Assembly: GCA_030248215.1 (NCBI GenBank)
Contig: JASANG010001414.1
Coordinates: forward strand, 620,001-684,000
Length of the DNA: 64,000 nucleotides
Reading direction: 5' to 3'
Origin: Enoplolaimus lenunculus
Lineage: Eukaryota
In this document: positions 49,701 through 61,200 of the stretch, piece by piece
Numbering within the stretch: the first letter of the stretch is position 1
Layout: each line of letters starts with the position of its first letter
Program-made: the position numbers and the translations under genes
The notes under the pieces: generated by a model
Databases searched by the model: none
Told to the model about the DNA's origin: nothing
The model's input: the letters and a program-made list of their open reading frames with translations, nothing else

Positions 49701-50197
49701 GTGCCAAGTACATTCTTTAATACGCACAATGTACCCAGTTGCACACTCTTGTTATAAACAGTGATCATCCACTCTTGATAAGAGTAAGCACCTATCGTTA
49801 GTTAGTGATACGTACTGCAACTTAAGGCGTTGCATGCAGTTGAAACCACGGCTACTCGTCTTAATTAAGCATGTAAAATTGACTTTAGCGTTGGTGTAAT
49901 TTTATTTTTTAGTCTTTTAAGTAGGTTATTGTTTAGTATTTGCAAGTAACGGACACCTGTGGTTACTGCTTTATATTCTATGTGCTTTTATAAGCAGTAT
50001 TGTATAAAAACCATGTTACAATATATTGTGTTCTGCTGTACAAGACGGGTTTGGTTCATGACCTATGTTTGATTTTAGGTCCACCGGGTAAACCTGGCAA
50101 ACCAGGTCCGCCTGGGTTATCTGGGAACAGCGGCATCTCGGGTGAAGCCGGTGGCTGTGATCATTGCCCGCCGCCAAGAACGTCACCGGGATATTAG
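43770..50197 (+). CDS. Nematode cuticle collagen
   Basis: Exons: 43770-43928 (Col_cuticle_N-like hydrophobic [25 protein letters not shown]...YCN), 44758-44896 (RKER furin-type site), 46077-46145, 46484-46673 (CCTCQQG + Gly-X-Y, CMKC), 47526-47659, 48869-49018, 50079-50197 ([15 protein letters not shown]). All junctions are GT-AG and in phase. In-frame upstream ATGs at 43653 and 43668 are alternative starts. Confidence 0.93.
44449..44620. mobile_element. hAT-like MITE (CCCGTAGCC family) in collagen intron 1
   Basis: Perfect 8-bp TSD catttcta. Ends CATACCCGTAGC / GCTACGGGCCCG. Confidence 0.8.
45238..45440 (-). mobile_element. TTAGGC-carrying MITE (subfamily B) in collagen intron 2
   Basis: Perfect 8-bp TSD agacgatc, with two (TTAGGC)3-4 blocks. 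Confidence 0.9.
45713..45975 (+). mobile_element. piggyBac-like (TTAA) MITE carrying a tRNA-derived cassette
   Basis: ttaa|CCCCTTCTCACAT...ATGTGAGAAAGGG|ttaa. Internal GCTCCTATAGCGGAGTGG...CGCCTCCCAC...GAGTTCGAATCC. Confidence 0.8.
47912..48858 (+). mobile_element. Non-autonomous Helitron/Helentron-like (DINE-1-type) element with an internal ~155-175-bp tandem array
   Basis: Four to five tandem units (TAATATGCAAATTAGCTATTAGCTAACT...), then AAAATCGGTTCAGCCGTTC followed by a (GACG/GACA)n tract, a perfect 14-bp GC hairpin at 48815-48845, and short inverted ends TTATAGAACGAAGC / GCTTCGCTCAATTAA. Confidence 0.65.
49434..49777. mobile_element. CAAGAGTG-TIR element with 7-bp TSD
   Basis: ataagtg|CAAGAGTGAATGAT...ATCATCCACTCTTG|ataagag. 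Confidence 0.75.
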
Positions 50198-51990
50198 ATA
50201 TTGGTGAAAATGTGCATATTGTTATTATGAAATTTTTTCTAAAAATATTCTAGATCCATTTTGACAATTATAAGAAATTTAAATTTTGTAAACAACAGTT
50301 GGTTTTCGGCAAAAAAGCAGATAAACGCCAAAGGTGAGCCACAGTCATAACAAAAAACTAATAGTTTTGGTTTATATCAAGAAGGCACCATTACTGTACA
50401 ATTTAAGTTTGACCAAGCCTAGTATGTCTGAGCTGTTAATCTGTAATATATTAAAATTAGTCAGCGACTTAAGTATTTACTTAACTTAAGGAAGGTTTTA
50501 AGAACGAACGGCAAAATGATTAAGTAACTGCGTAGCACGATAGGGTTTCAGAAACCCAGCCATTGTGGATTAAACAGAAATTACTTAAAAAGTTACATGG
50601 ACTACGCTTTAAATCAAAATCGTGTTGGACCAGAATTCGAATTGTCGGTGTGGAACACGTGAAACGTTTTCTTTAAAATGAAAAAATATAATTTTTAAAT
50701 GTATTAATAAATAAAATTCTTACGAATATTTTTTGAAAACTAAATGCCACTTAGAAGCAAGTTGCACTATGCTTATAGAAGTAATCAAATACGTGGGATT
50801 TTAGTTCAAGAGTGTACTGATTAATTTCAATGTGGATTTATACTAATTTATGTTATACTCGGATGCTTTGAAAACGGTCAATATAAGGTAAGGTATGTCA
50901 TCATGCACCAACCACTGCATGCTGTCACGAAGAATTGCAAATAAAACAAAGACTATCTTCAAAGCTAAATCGATGCCTGCGTTTGCCTCTAAGCGTAGCA
51001 CCATACTGGTCGTGGGTGCTGTTCGGGCCTTCCGTGATCGTCCTGCGCCTTGCAACACCAATCAATGTTTGGACATTTGGGTTCGAAACAGGGGCCCATG
51101 TAAAGATCAGGGGAGGAACGTTTCTCTGTGGGACTAGAATAGAGTAAGCTTAAGGTTTAGACTTATTTTTTCGTTTGGCTTAGGCTTAGGCTTGGGCTTA
51201 GAATTAGAAATATGCTCATTCTTACGCTTATGTTTAGGCTTTTAGGCTTCTACGTTCTTGAACTGTTAACGCGAACAATTACGTATATAAGCTCGCACTG
51301 TTGTGGTCATTTTCAGTATTTTCTGCTCGAAAAGAATCCCTTGGTGGTTAAAGTATTTACATTTAAATCGCTGATTATACTGACATTTGCGTGTACATAT
51401 TTGAAAATCGGAAATAGTTTTACACAGTCACAACAAAAAATTCCTCAAAACTTGGTCTCAATTCTACTCAAAATTGTCACTCGGCAGGAGACAAAAAATT
51501 ACACAGTGTCCCTTTGTCAGTAGAGTATTTGAGATTGTGGTAAAAATTGCAAGATACTGCATACTGATATAATAATAATAATAATAATAGTAATAATAAT
51601 AATAAAAAAATATGTACATTTGTGTTTTACGTACTAAATCGAAAGCCAATGACCTAAATTTAAACAAACGACAATTATTCTATATGCGCAGGTGTATCAA
51701 AAATACTCACGGTGTCATTTATATTATGACGTTGAGGTATTAAGAGAAGGGACAGGAATAATCACGGGATCTCTATATTATGTCAGGAATTTTGGGATGA
51801 AACATTTCTTCGCAATTTTTTTCGCCTACAAATCGGAATGGAATAACGAACACGTTTTTAATATCTTAGAGTTGAGTTATTAATTTTGTATTCATTTGTT
51901 CGTTGAGAAAATATATGTCATTGAGCAGTGGGCGAATAATAGTCGTTAGAGTTAATAGGCGCGTGCAGTATAATAGCTGTTGGCCGGGTC

Positions 51991-52432
51991 CAGGGTGGGA
52001 ATTTACCTGCGGGTATCCATGGGCATCCGCGGACAGCTGCGGGTAAATGCGGGTCGGGTTGAAGATTTCAACCGCGGGTATTCCCGCGGGTAACGATTTG
52101 GATCACGCGGGTAAAAAATTGTTAGTTTTTACGCGGTGCCAAACCTTTAAGAGTTAAGGTGTAAAAATAATCTGTGCGTTATTTAGTTGGTTTTGAAATT
52201 TTTTTGTTTTTAGTAAGTTTTCATATGTAAAATTCATTGGAGCTATAACACAACACGGTCATCAAAGTGCAAATCACCAACGATCTTTAAAATGATGGTT
52301 TAACTACCAGCGCGGGTAAAAGGTGGGTCGGGGATTGATCTTTTTAGCGAGAGTAAACCCGCGTGCAAGACATTCTTGTTTGCTTGGGTAAAGCGGAGAT
52401 CGGGTAAAAAATCTTTACCCACATCCCACCCT
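51991..52432. mobile_element. hAT-like element with GCGGGTA subterminal repeats
   Basis: CAGGGTGGGA...TCCCACCCTG ends and multiple GCGGGTA motifs. No clear TSD. Confidence 0.55.
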
Positions 52433-52909
52433 GGGTATAATTGGATATCCGTTTCCGGTTCAAACTGGTATCCGTTTCGGTTACCAGAAATTCTGTTACG
52501 CTTACGAGGCAAATTAGTTATAAATCAAGCATATATAGCAATTCTTCATTACAAGTAAAAATTATGAAATTTATCCAAAATCTTAAAAAAATTTGTGCAT
52601 CCGCAATTTGTTTCTTCAAAATTTAGAAAGTCCGGTGGACATTTGCACGTCTTAATTGTGTTGGTAGAAAAATAAAACATCTTCGAGACTTTTATTCTTC
52701 GATAACTGTTTTCCGTTTCCGTTATTTTTACTATCCGTTTACACCCTGGTCGTAGGACATTCGTGTCTGATTGAATGATGCTAATGTAAAAGTGGATTTT
52801 CCTGCAGTACGAATGTGCTATTTCGCTACTAGAGTTCAGAAAAACTCAGTTGCCAACTCAACTCAGTTTTATTGTGCAGTTGTAGTTGAATGTTAAATAT
52901 TTTAAGCTA

Positions 52910-53133
52910 CTGTAGTGACCCGAATAAGAGAAGAGTAATAAAAGAAAGGTCCCCATTTTGAGTCCCAATCAATATGAGTCAGCATCTCTAATAATAGTCC
53001 GAAAGCGAATAGAGTCTTTAAACCGTAAATAGAGTCCATAAATGTCAATTACTATAATTGCAGTGCATAAATGACTGACCCTCTGGAGAGGCGAAATAAA
53101 TATCAGTTCCCTCTCTTGTTCGGGTCAGTACAG
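52910..53133. mobile_element. TA-flanked (Tc1/mariner-like) MITE
   Basis: ta|CTGTAGTGACCCGAATAAGAG...CTCTTGTTCGGGTCAGTACAG|ta. Confidence 0.8.
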
Positions 53134-54633
53134 TATGCAGTGAAACATTCCATTTCTCGACAGTTTCCGTCTTGCGCTATTGTACTTACGTTGGATGTTG
53201 AGTTTTTTGAAACTGCACAACGATGACACAGTTTCACTGATTAACCCCAATTGACTCAGTTTAGAATTTTTTGAAAAAGAAAATTCGCTTAAGCTTTTTC
53301 TTTTATGTTGTCATTTCTTTAAATTAATTTTGAATAAATGTTCGGCAGTATATATGAATATATATTTATTTATATCAATATATACATACATATATATAAA
53401 TATGTAGATATATTAATATATACTTTTATGCATATAAATATATATATTTATATATGTATATATGTTTCTATTGATATAAATAAATAATATATACATAAAT
53501 AAATAACAAATATATTTAAATATATACATATAAATATGTAGATCTATTAATGTATATTTATATGTTGTGCAAACATATGTAGGCTCCTAATACCGAGAAT
53601 GGCGTTAAGCCAAACATCTGCGACAAATTTTTTTCATCTCAACCTCTTCGGCAATTGTATAGAACACGGCCGTAACAGTGATATATAAGCATATTCCTAA
53701 GCCTCAGCCAAAACACAAAAATTGAAACACAAAATTGTGTCTAAAACTTAACCTTACTATTGTGGTTGGTTCCGTCGAAAAACGTTCCGGTGCTGATCTT
53801 TGCATGGGCCACCTTATCAAACAATTTGTTGTACAACAAATAAAAAAAGTTAAAAATTCAAAAAAGTTTTGTATTTTAATATCGAAAAAAAAAGAGTTGA
53901 GTCGCATAATTCTTCTGTCAATCTTTACGCAGTGATTTTATACCAGATCAGTTGATTTCCGATCATCATATGTACACTTCTTTATGTCTTTCGTAGACAA
54001 TTCTGGGACGCGACACTGGTGTATTTTTTTCAAACATTTCTTTTTATCAAATTCCTACTATTTTAAATTATTTGTGCTCGTAGGCTCAATTTTTGAGTAT
54101 AATTTTTGGCTGCATTTTAAGTAATTTAGTATTTTTGGCTGGACTTTAAGTGATTTTTTGTGTGTGATTTTTGTGAACAATAAACTTTTTGATGTGTTTC
54201 ACCACAGTGCCGAAGACAAATTTTGTAATATCTTATTTTTTGTTACTATTACAGACGATAAAGTTCGATTTTTTTTCGACGCAGATAACCTTAATTTTTT
54301 GACCTGACTTCATGTTCTGCTCGTCGGAGACGTAAAGAATTACGCGAAAATATCACGGATTGAACAAAAGAATCCGACTTAATGGAAAAATCTAAATTAT
54401 TCTTTCACTGAACAAAATGTTATCAACGAAATTTCTAATTGTCAACTGCCGTTATTGCAAATTTTAAACAGGTTTGAAATGCAAAAAAATATACCGAATT
54501 ATGATTTGCTGTTTTGTGTGCTTTTGCTACGGTTCGCATTTACTTCTTTGCTTTTTTAAGATTTACAATCGAGTAAACACCAAGTGAATGTTGGTGGACG
54601 TCTATTTGTTTTTAAAATACTTGTAGACTTTAG

Positions 54634-54854
54634 GGCCCATATTCTCAAATGCGTATAGCACTTATGATCAGTAAGCGATAGGTATTCAAACAGGCGAAGT
54701 GCTGCAATTGCAGATTTTAAAATTGCTACAGCAGTAAGGCAACTCAAACGTAAACAATGCGCTGAATTTCGAACCTCACTATGCGCTGGTACCAAAGTTA
54801 CAGGACCTATCGCCAACTGGTTATAGGTGCTATATACATTTGAGAATACGGGCT
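54634..54854. mobile_element. PIF/Harbinger-like MITE (GGCCCATATTCTCAAATGCGTATAGCA family)
   Basis: Long TIRs and a 3-bp TSD tag/tag. Relatives at about 7727-7943, 37103-37322, 56115-56336 and 57445-57658. Confidence 0.75.
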
Positions 54855-55316
54855 TAGGTATCATTCGATTAGGTTTAAGCTTAAATTTACAGCAATATAT
54901 TCTAGCCGTGGTTTTACACGAGTCATTGTAGCTGTGGTCACTAGCAATATTTATGATACACTACACATTTTTGAACGCTAACAATACAAAGTGAAAGACA
55001 TATTCAATATTTATTTAAAGTTAAATTTTTATAAACTTCCAAATGTCTAAATTTAAATCATCAAAGCAATTCTAAAATTATTTAAATCTTTGTGCCTATT
55101 TCCGATGTGTATAGCACCTATCACCAGTGTTTTTATAGGTCACTTTCCTTGTGCACTTCTGACACATTGGCTGTCTAGCTTACTATAAGACTTACTTAAG
55201 CTTAAGTAAAATGAACAACTTTCTAAGCCTTAGCCTATAATGTCTTAACCTTAATTGAGGGCAAAAGTTTACAAAAGGCCAGGTTCCGATTGTTTCGAAA
55301 CATGAAATTGAAAGTA

Positions 55317-55864
55317 CACTGTAAATTCCTGCGAGTTGATTTTAACTCAGAATGAATTGAATTCGCTCAAAAGCCTGAGCGCTGAATTAGATGTTTCAGA
55401 ACTCTGATTTTTGAATGGATTGAACACATTCTAAGTTCATTTATCAACTCACCCGGAATTATATCAACTCCAGAGCGAGTTAATATTTACTGTTATTAGC
55501 TCAGAAATGACCAAAAATAACAAATTCCCTATCTTAGTTTTATTAATCAACTCATAAGAATTTACAGTGAACCAAAGTTTAAACAGTTGTTAAGCGCAGT
55601 TTACATATACATAGTAGTTTTTAACAAAACAGTACACTGTAAATTTCAGTGAGCTGATTTTAACTCAGAATGAGTTGAATCATTCAGTCTGAGTTAGGAC
55701 TCTCAAAGCTCAAAACATTGGGTTGATTCAATTCATTCTAAATTAATTAATCAATTCACCAAGAGTCAACTCAACTCAGCCTGAGTTAATGATTACTGAT
55801 ATTAATTGAGAACTAACCAACTCGGTAACTGAATTGATTAATCAACTCTTTGGAATTTACAGTG
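55317..55864. mobile_element. Two adjacent CACTGTAAA...TTTACAGTG MITEs (55317-55569, 55635-55864), CMC/CACTA-like ends
   Basis: Shared internal GAG(T/C)TGATTTTAACTCAGAATGA. The second copy is flanked ta/ta. A partial inverted copy lies at about 11745-11947. Confidence 0.7.
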
Positions 55865-58224
55865 TATGTAAGCACAGATTTACGATACGTCTCGCATTTA
55901 TAAATTTATCTCTTCGGCACAATTTAAGACCTAAAAATGGAAAAAGCATGCAAAATTATCAACCGTTTTGCTCATTATCAACTATAGAACAGCATAGAGC
56001 AGACAGGATATATTTAAAACAAACTATTGCAGCTTTCACAATAACTTTTCCCAGCTGTACACCAAACAACATATCATATTCATCGATAAACAACGCAGAA
56101 CGAGCTTAAACCTGGGCACGTATTCTCAAATGTGTGTAGGTCCTATCGCCAATTTGGTGATAGGTTTTATAACTTTCGAACCAGTAAATGCTGAGGCTCA
56201 AAATTCATCACATTTTTCGCATATAATTTGCTCTACTCTTGTACCAATTTTGAGTCCAACAGCTGCAACAGTTTGCGAGTTTGAAAACCTATTACTAATT
56301 GATGATAGTTGCTGTATACTTTTGAGAATATGGTCCCTATATATTCACCATATATCTGGATGAAAGCTTGAATTTGAATGAAAGCTCGAACCAACAGTCG
56401 GATATCATTAGCTTGAACGCGTCCCCTTAGTGAATTCATGAAAGTTTAGATTTACAAAAACTAAAGGCAGTAGGGGAATTGGTCTGAGAGATAAATTGGC
56501 ATGTAAGGAACCACATGATTTTACAGCGGATACATACATGTTCGTAGCCCTGCAATATGTCTGTGCAGACTGTCGCGATAACAAATAATCTATGAATTTT
56601 TGAAAAAAATCCACTTACAATGTTGATGATGAGAATTTTTGTGGTTAACAATTTATTTTTCACGTCATGTGAATCGAACGAAAAATATATTTTTTTGCCG
56701 AGACTTCAAATTTTAAATTGTAAAATATTAATTTCTTCTTTTATTCACATCCATGCCATCATACACACAAATAAATTTGTCTCAAAGTGTCACACAACAA
56801 CGATACATAACCTTTCCTAAATACGTGCGCTGTCCGACGCAACAAGAATAAAAACACTTCGCAGCTGATAGGGGGAAAACCCGCCCGCCCCCCAATCCAT
56901 AGATTTCCACAGGTCAGGTAAAATCACTGCATCTAATACCTTATTGGACGATCGGTAACGATTGGACAATTTCATCTGAAGACCCAATAGTGTAATTTTT
57001 TGCGCAACCGGCTCCTGCCAATCCAAATTCCTCGGTCTGCCATTGGTTAAAAATGGCCTTATTTCAACGAAGGCCGATGATATATTTTAAGTACGACAGC
57101 CGTGACGCATCTGCATTTTTTTACAAAAATTCTATTACATCTTCATTTTAAGTTTTTTCGTTAATTTCAATGATTTGAATAAAAATTAAATAATTAAATT
57201 GTAAATGCGTTTGACCTAGGTTATTTCTATTGAATATTGTAAATCATATTTAAAATTAACTATATATACATCTACGTTTTTAGGCTATACCTATTATGGT
57301 TCAATGATTAGCGTATTTTACAAAGAAAAACATATGTAACACTACGGAAGCTATTTAGTTTATTCAAGTTGCGTTTTGTTTCAAAAAATTAATGTTTAAT
57401 TAAGCCTTTAGCTAACCAAATTCTGGCAAAGCCTTAAATCGTGAGCCCGTAATTTTCAAATGTGTGTAGCACCTATTACCAGTTGATGGACAGGTGTTGG
57501 AATCTTCAAACCGGGGTATGGTGTGGTTTGAAATTCAGCACATTTAAATTGCATTCGATTTACGTCTGTGCAAATAATCTGAAATTGCAGCAACTCGTTA
57601 TTTTGAAAACCTATTACTAACTGGTAATAGGTACTATATGCATTTGAGAAAATGGACCCTTATAGCCGTGCACAACCAGTTTTTACGTATACAACAGGGT
57701 CTTAGCAGCAGTATGAGCCTATTCCTAAGTTTGAGTGTAAGCCTAAGCCTAAGCCCAAGAGTAAGCTTAAGCGTCTGAATCAGCGTATATGTAAGCCTAA
57801 GCCTAAGCACAAAAATTAGTCTAAAGCTCAACCCTACTGTAATGCAGTCCTGCAGAAAAACGTTCCGCCCCTAATCTATATATACATGGTCACAGTTGGC
57901 CTATGAAATGACCTGCTCAATTTTGAAATATCATAAATAATACAACGTGTTTCTTCCGAAAAATTATTTTTAATTTCAGTGTTTCGTTGGTACTGCGACC
58001 TACAAGTTAAACAAATACGTTTCAACTCGAACATGGCCGAATAAGCCAGCAAAATAGCTAATCCGCAAACGAAATATAATACGCTAGCTATGTAATTTTT
58101 ATAAAATCAAACACAAGTAACAATATGGAATTCGGATAACTTACGCAATTTGCTATATTTTGTTCAATTTTAAATGCCATTTAATATCACAACATCAATG
58201 TAGAGTCACATTGCATTCAATGAT

Positions 58225-61200
58225 ATGTGGACATTGATTTCATGGAGTTGTTTCAGTTGGTTCATTACTCATGTCGCGGGTAAGATAATTGTTTCGAAAC
58301 CGCTAAGGAGGCCTCCGCTGGTCCCTAGCTCTCCTCTGGCTACAAAAACAATTCAGGTCTTTTTCGTTATAATCCCTTCAGCCGGCGTTTGCCCAAAAGT
58401 AGTAGGATTTCAAAAATTTTAAGCACATTTCAGCTTTTTATGACCTCCGTTGATCATGTCACACCGAAATTTCCATTCTAAAAAACTTTGATTGCCTAAT
58501 ATTCCAACCACAAGAGCCATTTGGGAAATCAAAAATACTTTTTTTATCAAAAGGTTATACAAATTATTTTTTTACAATAAAGACGTCGCGGTTTATGAGT
58601 TACGGTCAAATAACGGATTTGGCACCATTCCAAATCGCTTGCTCCGCGACAAATCAGTTATTTGACTATGCAGCACGCCAAATAAGTTCTTTGACCATGA
58701 CTATGTAACTAATCAATACTGTGATTGAGAAAAATTGAACACCATTCTACTCAGCTCCGCAAGAAGCATGGAATAATAAGTCTAACTTTTCGACAAAAAC
58801 TTTTTTGGGTTCCATGAGGGACCTTGAGACCTTGACAATCAAATGGTTCAAAAAACGACTGGGTCCAAAAAGACACCAAATCTTTGTAATCTATTGGGAG
58901 TGACCCACTGCTTTTTTCCCGTTCTGGCTACACCCTTGGGCAAAACTGACCAGTTTAAATAGGACCTCAAACAAGGACGAAGTGCAAGTGACACAGATAA
59001 CCAAAACCTGAATATGATGGTACAAATTTTTACGCTGCATTCGCTAGATGGCAAATCTGGTTTAGTATAGTAATTAATGTCAAGTGATTTGCTCGTCTGT
59101 TTAGAAATAAATACGCAAATTGGGTTATCTCCAAAGTTCTTCATTAGTCCAGTGGAACAAGGCTGAAGTTAATAATATGACAGATTGTTGTCTTCGGCAG
59201 TTAAGGTTAAATGAAATGGCTATATTTTTAAACTATGCAACATATTTACTGCAGCGACCCGAATAAGAGGGAGCGGACTGATATTTATTTGGCCTCTTTA
59301 TATGGTACCCTGCAGTTATTCGGTTACGGACTGTTATTCATTTTTTAACCCGCCCTCCGTCGCCCTTCGTTACTGATATATAGCTGGTTTAGCAAGTATC
59401 AGTGGAATTCAACGTTTATTCGTCTTGTTTTAAATTCTTTGCAAGGTTATACCTATCGGAATGTGTATACTTTCAAAACTTAAGCATGCTTTGAAATTTC
59501 AAACTCAACTTCATTTGATCCTCGAGTCATTATGCACTCTAATTAAGGGATAATTGGCATTTATGGACTCTCATTAGGGCGTAGGGATTCTATCCGCTTA
59601 AATGAATTTTCCTAATAGACATCTGGAAATTAGTTGCAAGTTTTGAATTTAATGTAAAGTACATAGCCTATTTGTAGTTAATAGTCGGTGCCTGAATTAC
59701 TGCAGGAAAATAAGGAAATATTTTTTCAGTATTTCGATTGCTATCCGTTTTAGTTTCCGTTTTCTTTTATTGTTAATATCCGTTTACGCCTTGTGCGGCA
59801 GCAATGGCGGATCCATGGGGGGCCACCCCGGCCGTGGCCCCCTCCAACAGCATCTCGACAAAAATTATATAACAATTTTGTGACAATAGTTCGTGGTTTA
59901 TGTATGGGTCAAAAGTAAGTTTATTACCTGTGAAATTTTGGCCCCCCCATTTTGAGATCCTGGATCCGCCACTATGCGGCAGTAGATGTTTTAGGTCAAT
60001 GTGGTACAGGCAATCATACAACATTTTTGCGCAGCAACGGTATGATACTGCAGGGCGCCGACAATCTAGTATTAAACGGGGTAGCGCTGAATCAATGTGG
60101 AAAACTGTGCACTGATAATAGAGTAAATTTTTTAATATCAGCTTGGTCAACGCGGGCCCGTAGCCGGAGGGGGGACAGGGGGCTCAACCATCTCTTCTTG
60201 AAAAATTTTGGCTCCCCTAAAAATTTTTCAACCTTGCTTGTATTGTCAACAAAAACTATTGTATGCCCCTCCTGAAAAATATTCCTGCTCCACTAGCAAA
60301 TTGAGCTGGCTACGGGATTGTATCAGGGGGGATGGGCAATCATGAATTTTAGGCATTGCATCGAGAGACAAATTTTTGGTTAAACGTTTTTTGCGATTGA
60401 AATGCTAAAATTCTATTAGTTTTTCGTAGTATTTCCTACAATAATTATCGTTTAAAATGCATGACTTGTGGAAGTAAATTTTTTGTGCCAAATATTGGGA
60501 ACTGAAAAGTTTTTAAACTATACACTACACGATGTGAATTTCATGGTTGAAACCTAGTAGCCGTATTTAACCAAAACTAAGTTTAAAAAGAAATTTCTCT
60601 GTAAACACGCCAGCATCCTTTAAATTGTAGGCTTGCTGGCTCTATTTTTTACAAATACAAGCAATCATATGATTATGAAATATTGCGAAATTAGAAATTT
60701 GACCGTCTGTCTTGTTGGTATTCAGGACGATAATGGCCGACCGGTAACTTGCAATTCGTACGAATATTCAATTTCAAATGGCCGTTGTGTTCTCAGTAGC
60801 TCCAGTGCACCGCCGTTTGGATCCAATCCGTTGGTTGAAAGTTCATCGGCAATGGCGTTTTATCAAAAAATATGCATTAGCTGTATGTTTTCATAAACTA
60901 TACAATCGAAATAGTACAACTTTAGTAAACAAAAACGTAAACCTAAGTCTAAGGGTTGCGCTATACTTTTGGTTGAAGTCTGACGCCGTCCGTCACTGTC
61001 CGTCACCCGTACTGCAGTTTCCGTCTTTCGTGTGGCGCCGTTCGTCAACGTGGGTGACCTGTACGGCACCGGCTTTCATCGTGGCCGTATCGTGCGCAAA
61101 TCACTCACGTACGATACTGTGTAGTGACGGACGGTGACACACGGCGCCGCCCGACAAGGATAGCGCAATCCTAAGTGTAATGGTTGTGGACAAGTTGTCT

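Noticed and set aside
50843..51137. Short ORFs on both strands downstream of the collagen
   Set aside because: No recognisable domain or consistent splice sites, and the plus-strand ORFs run into a MITE.
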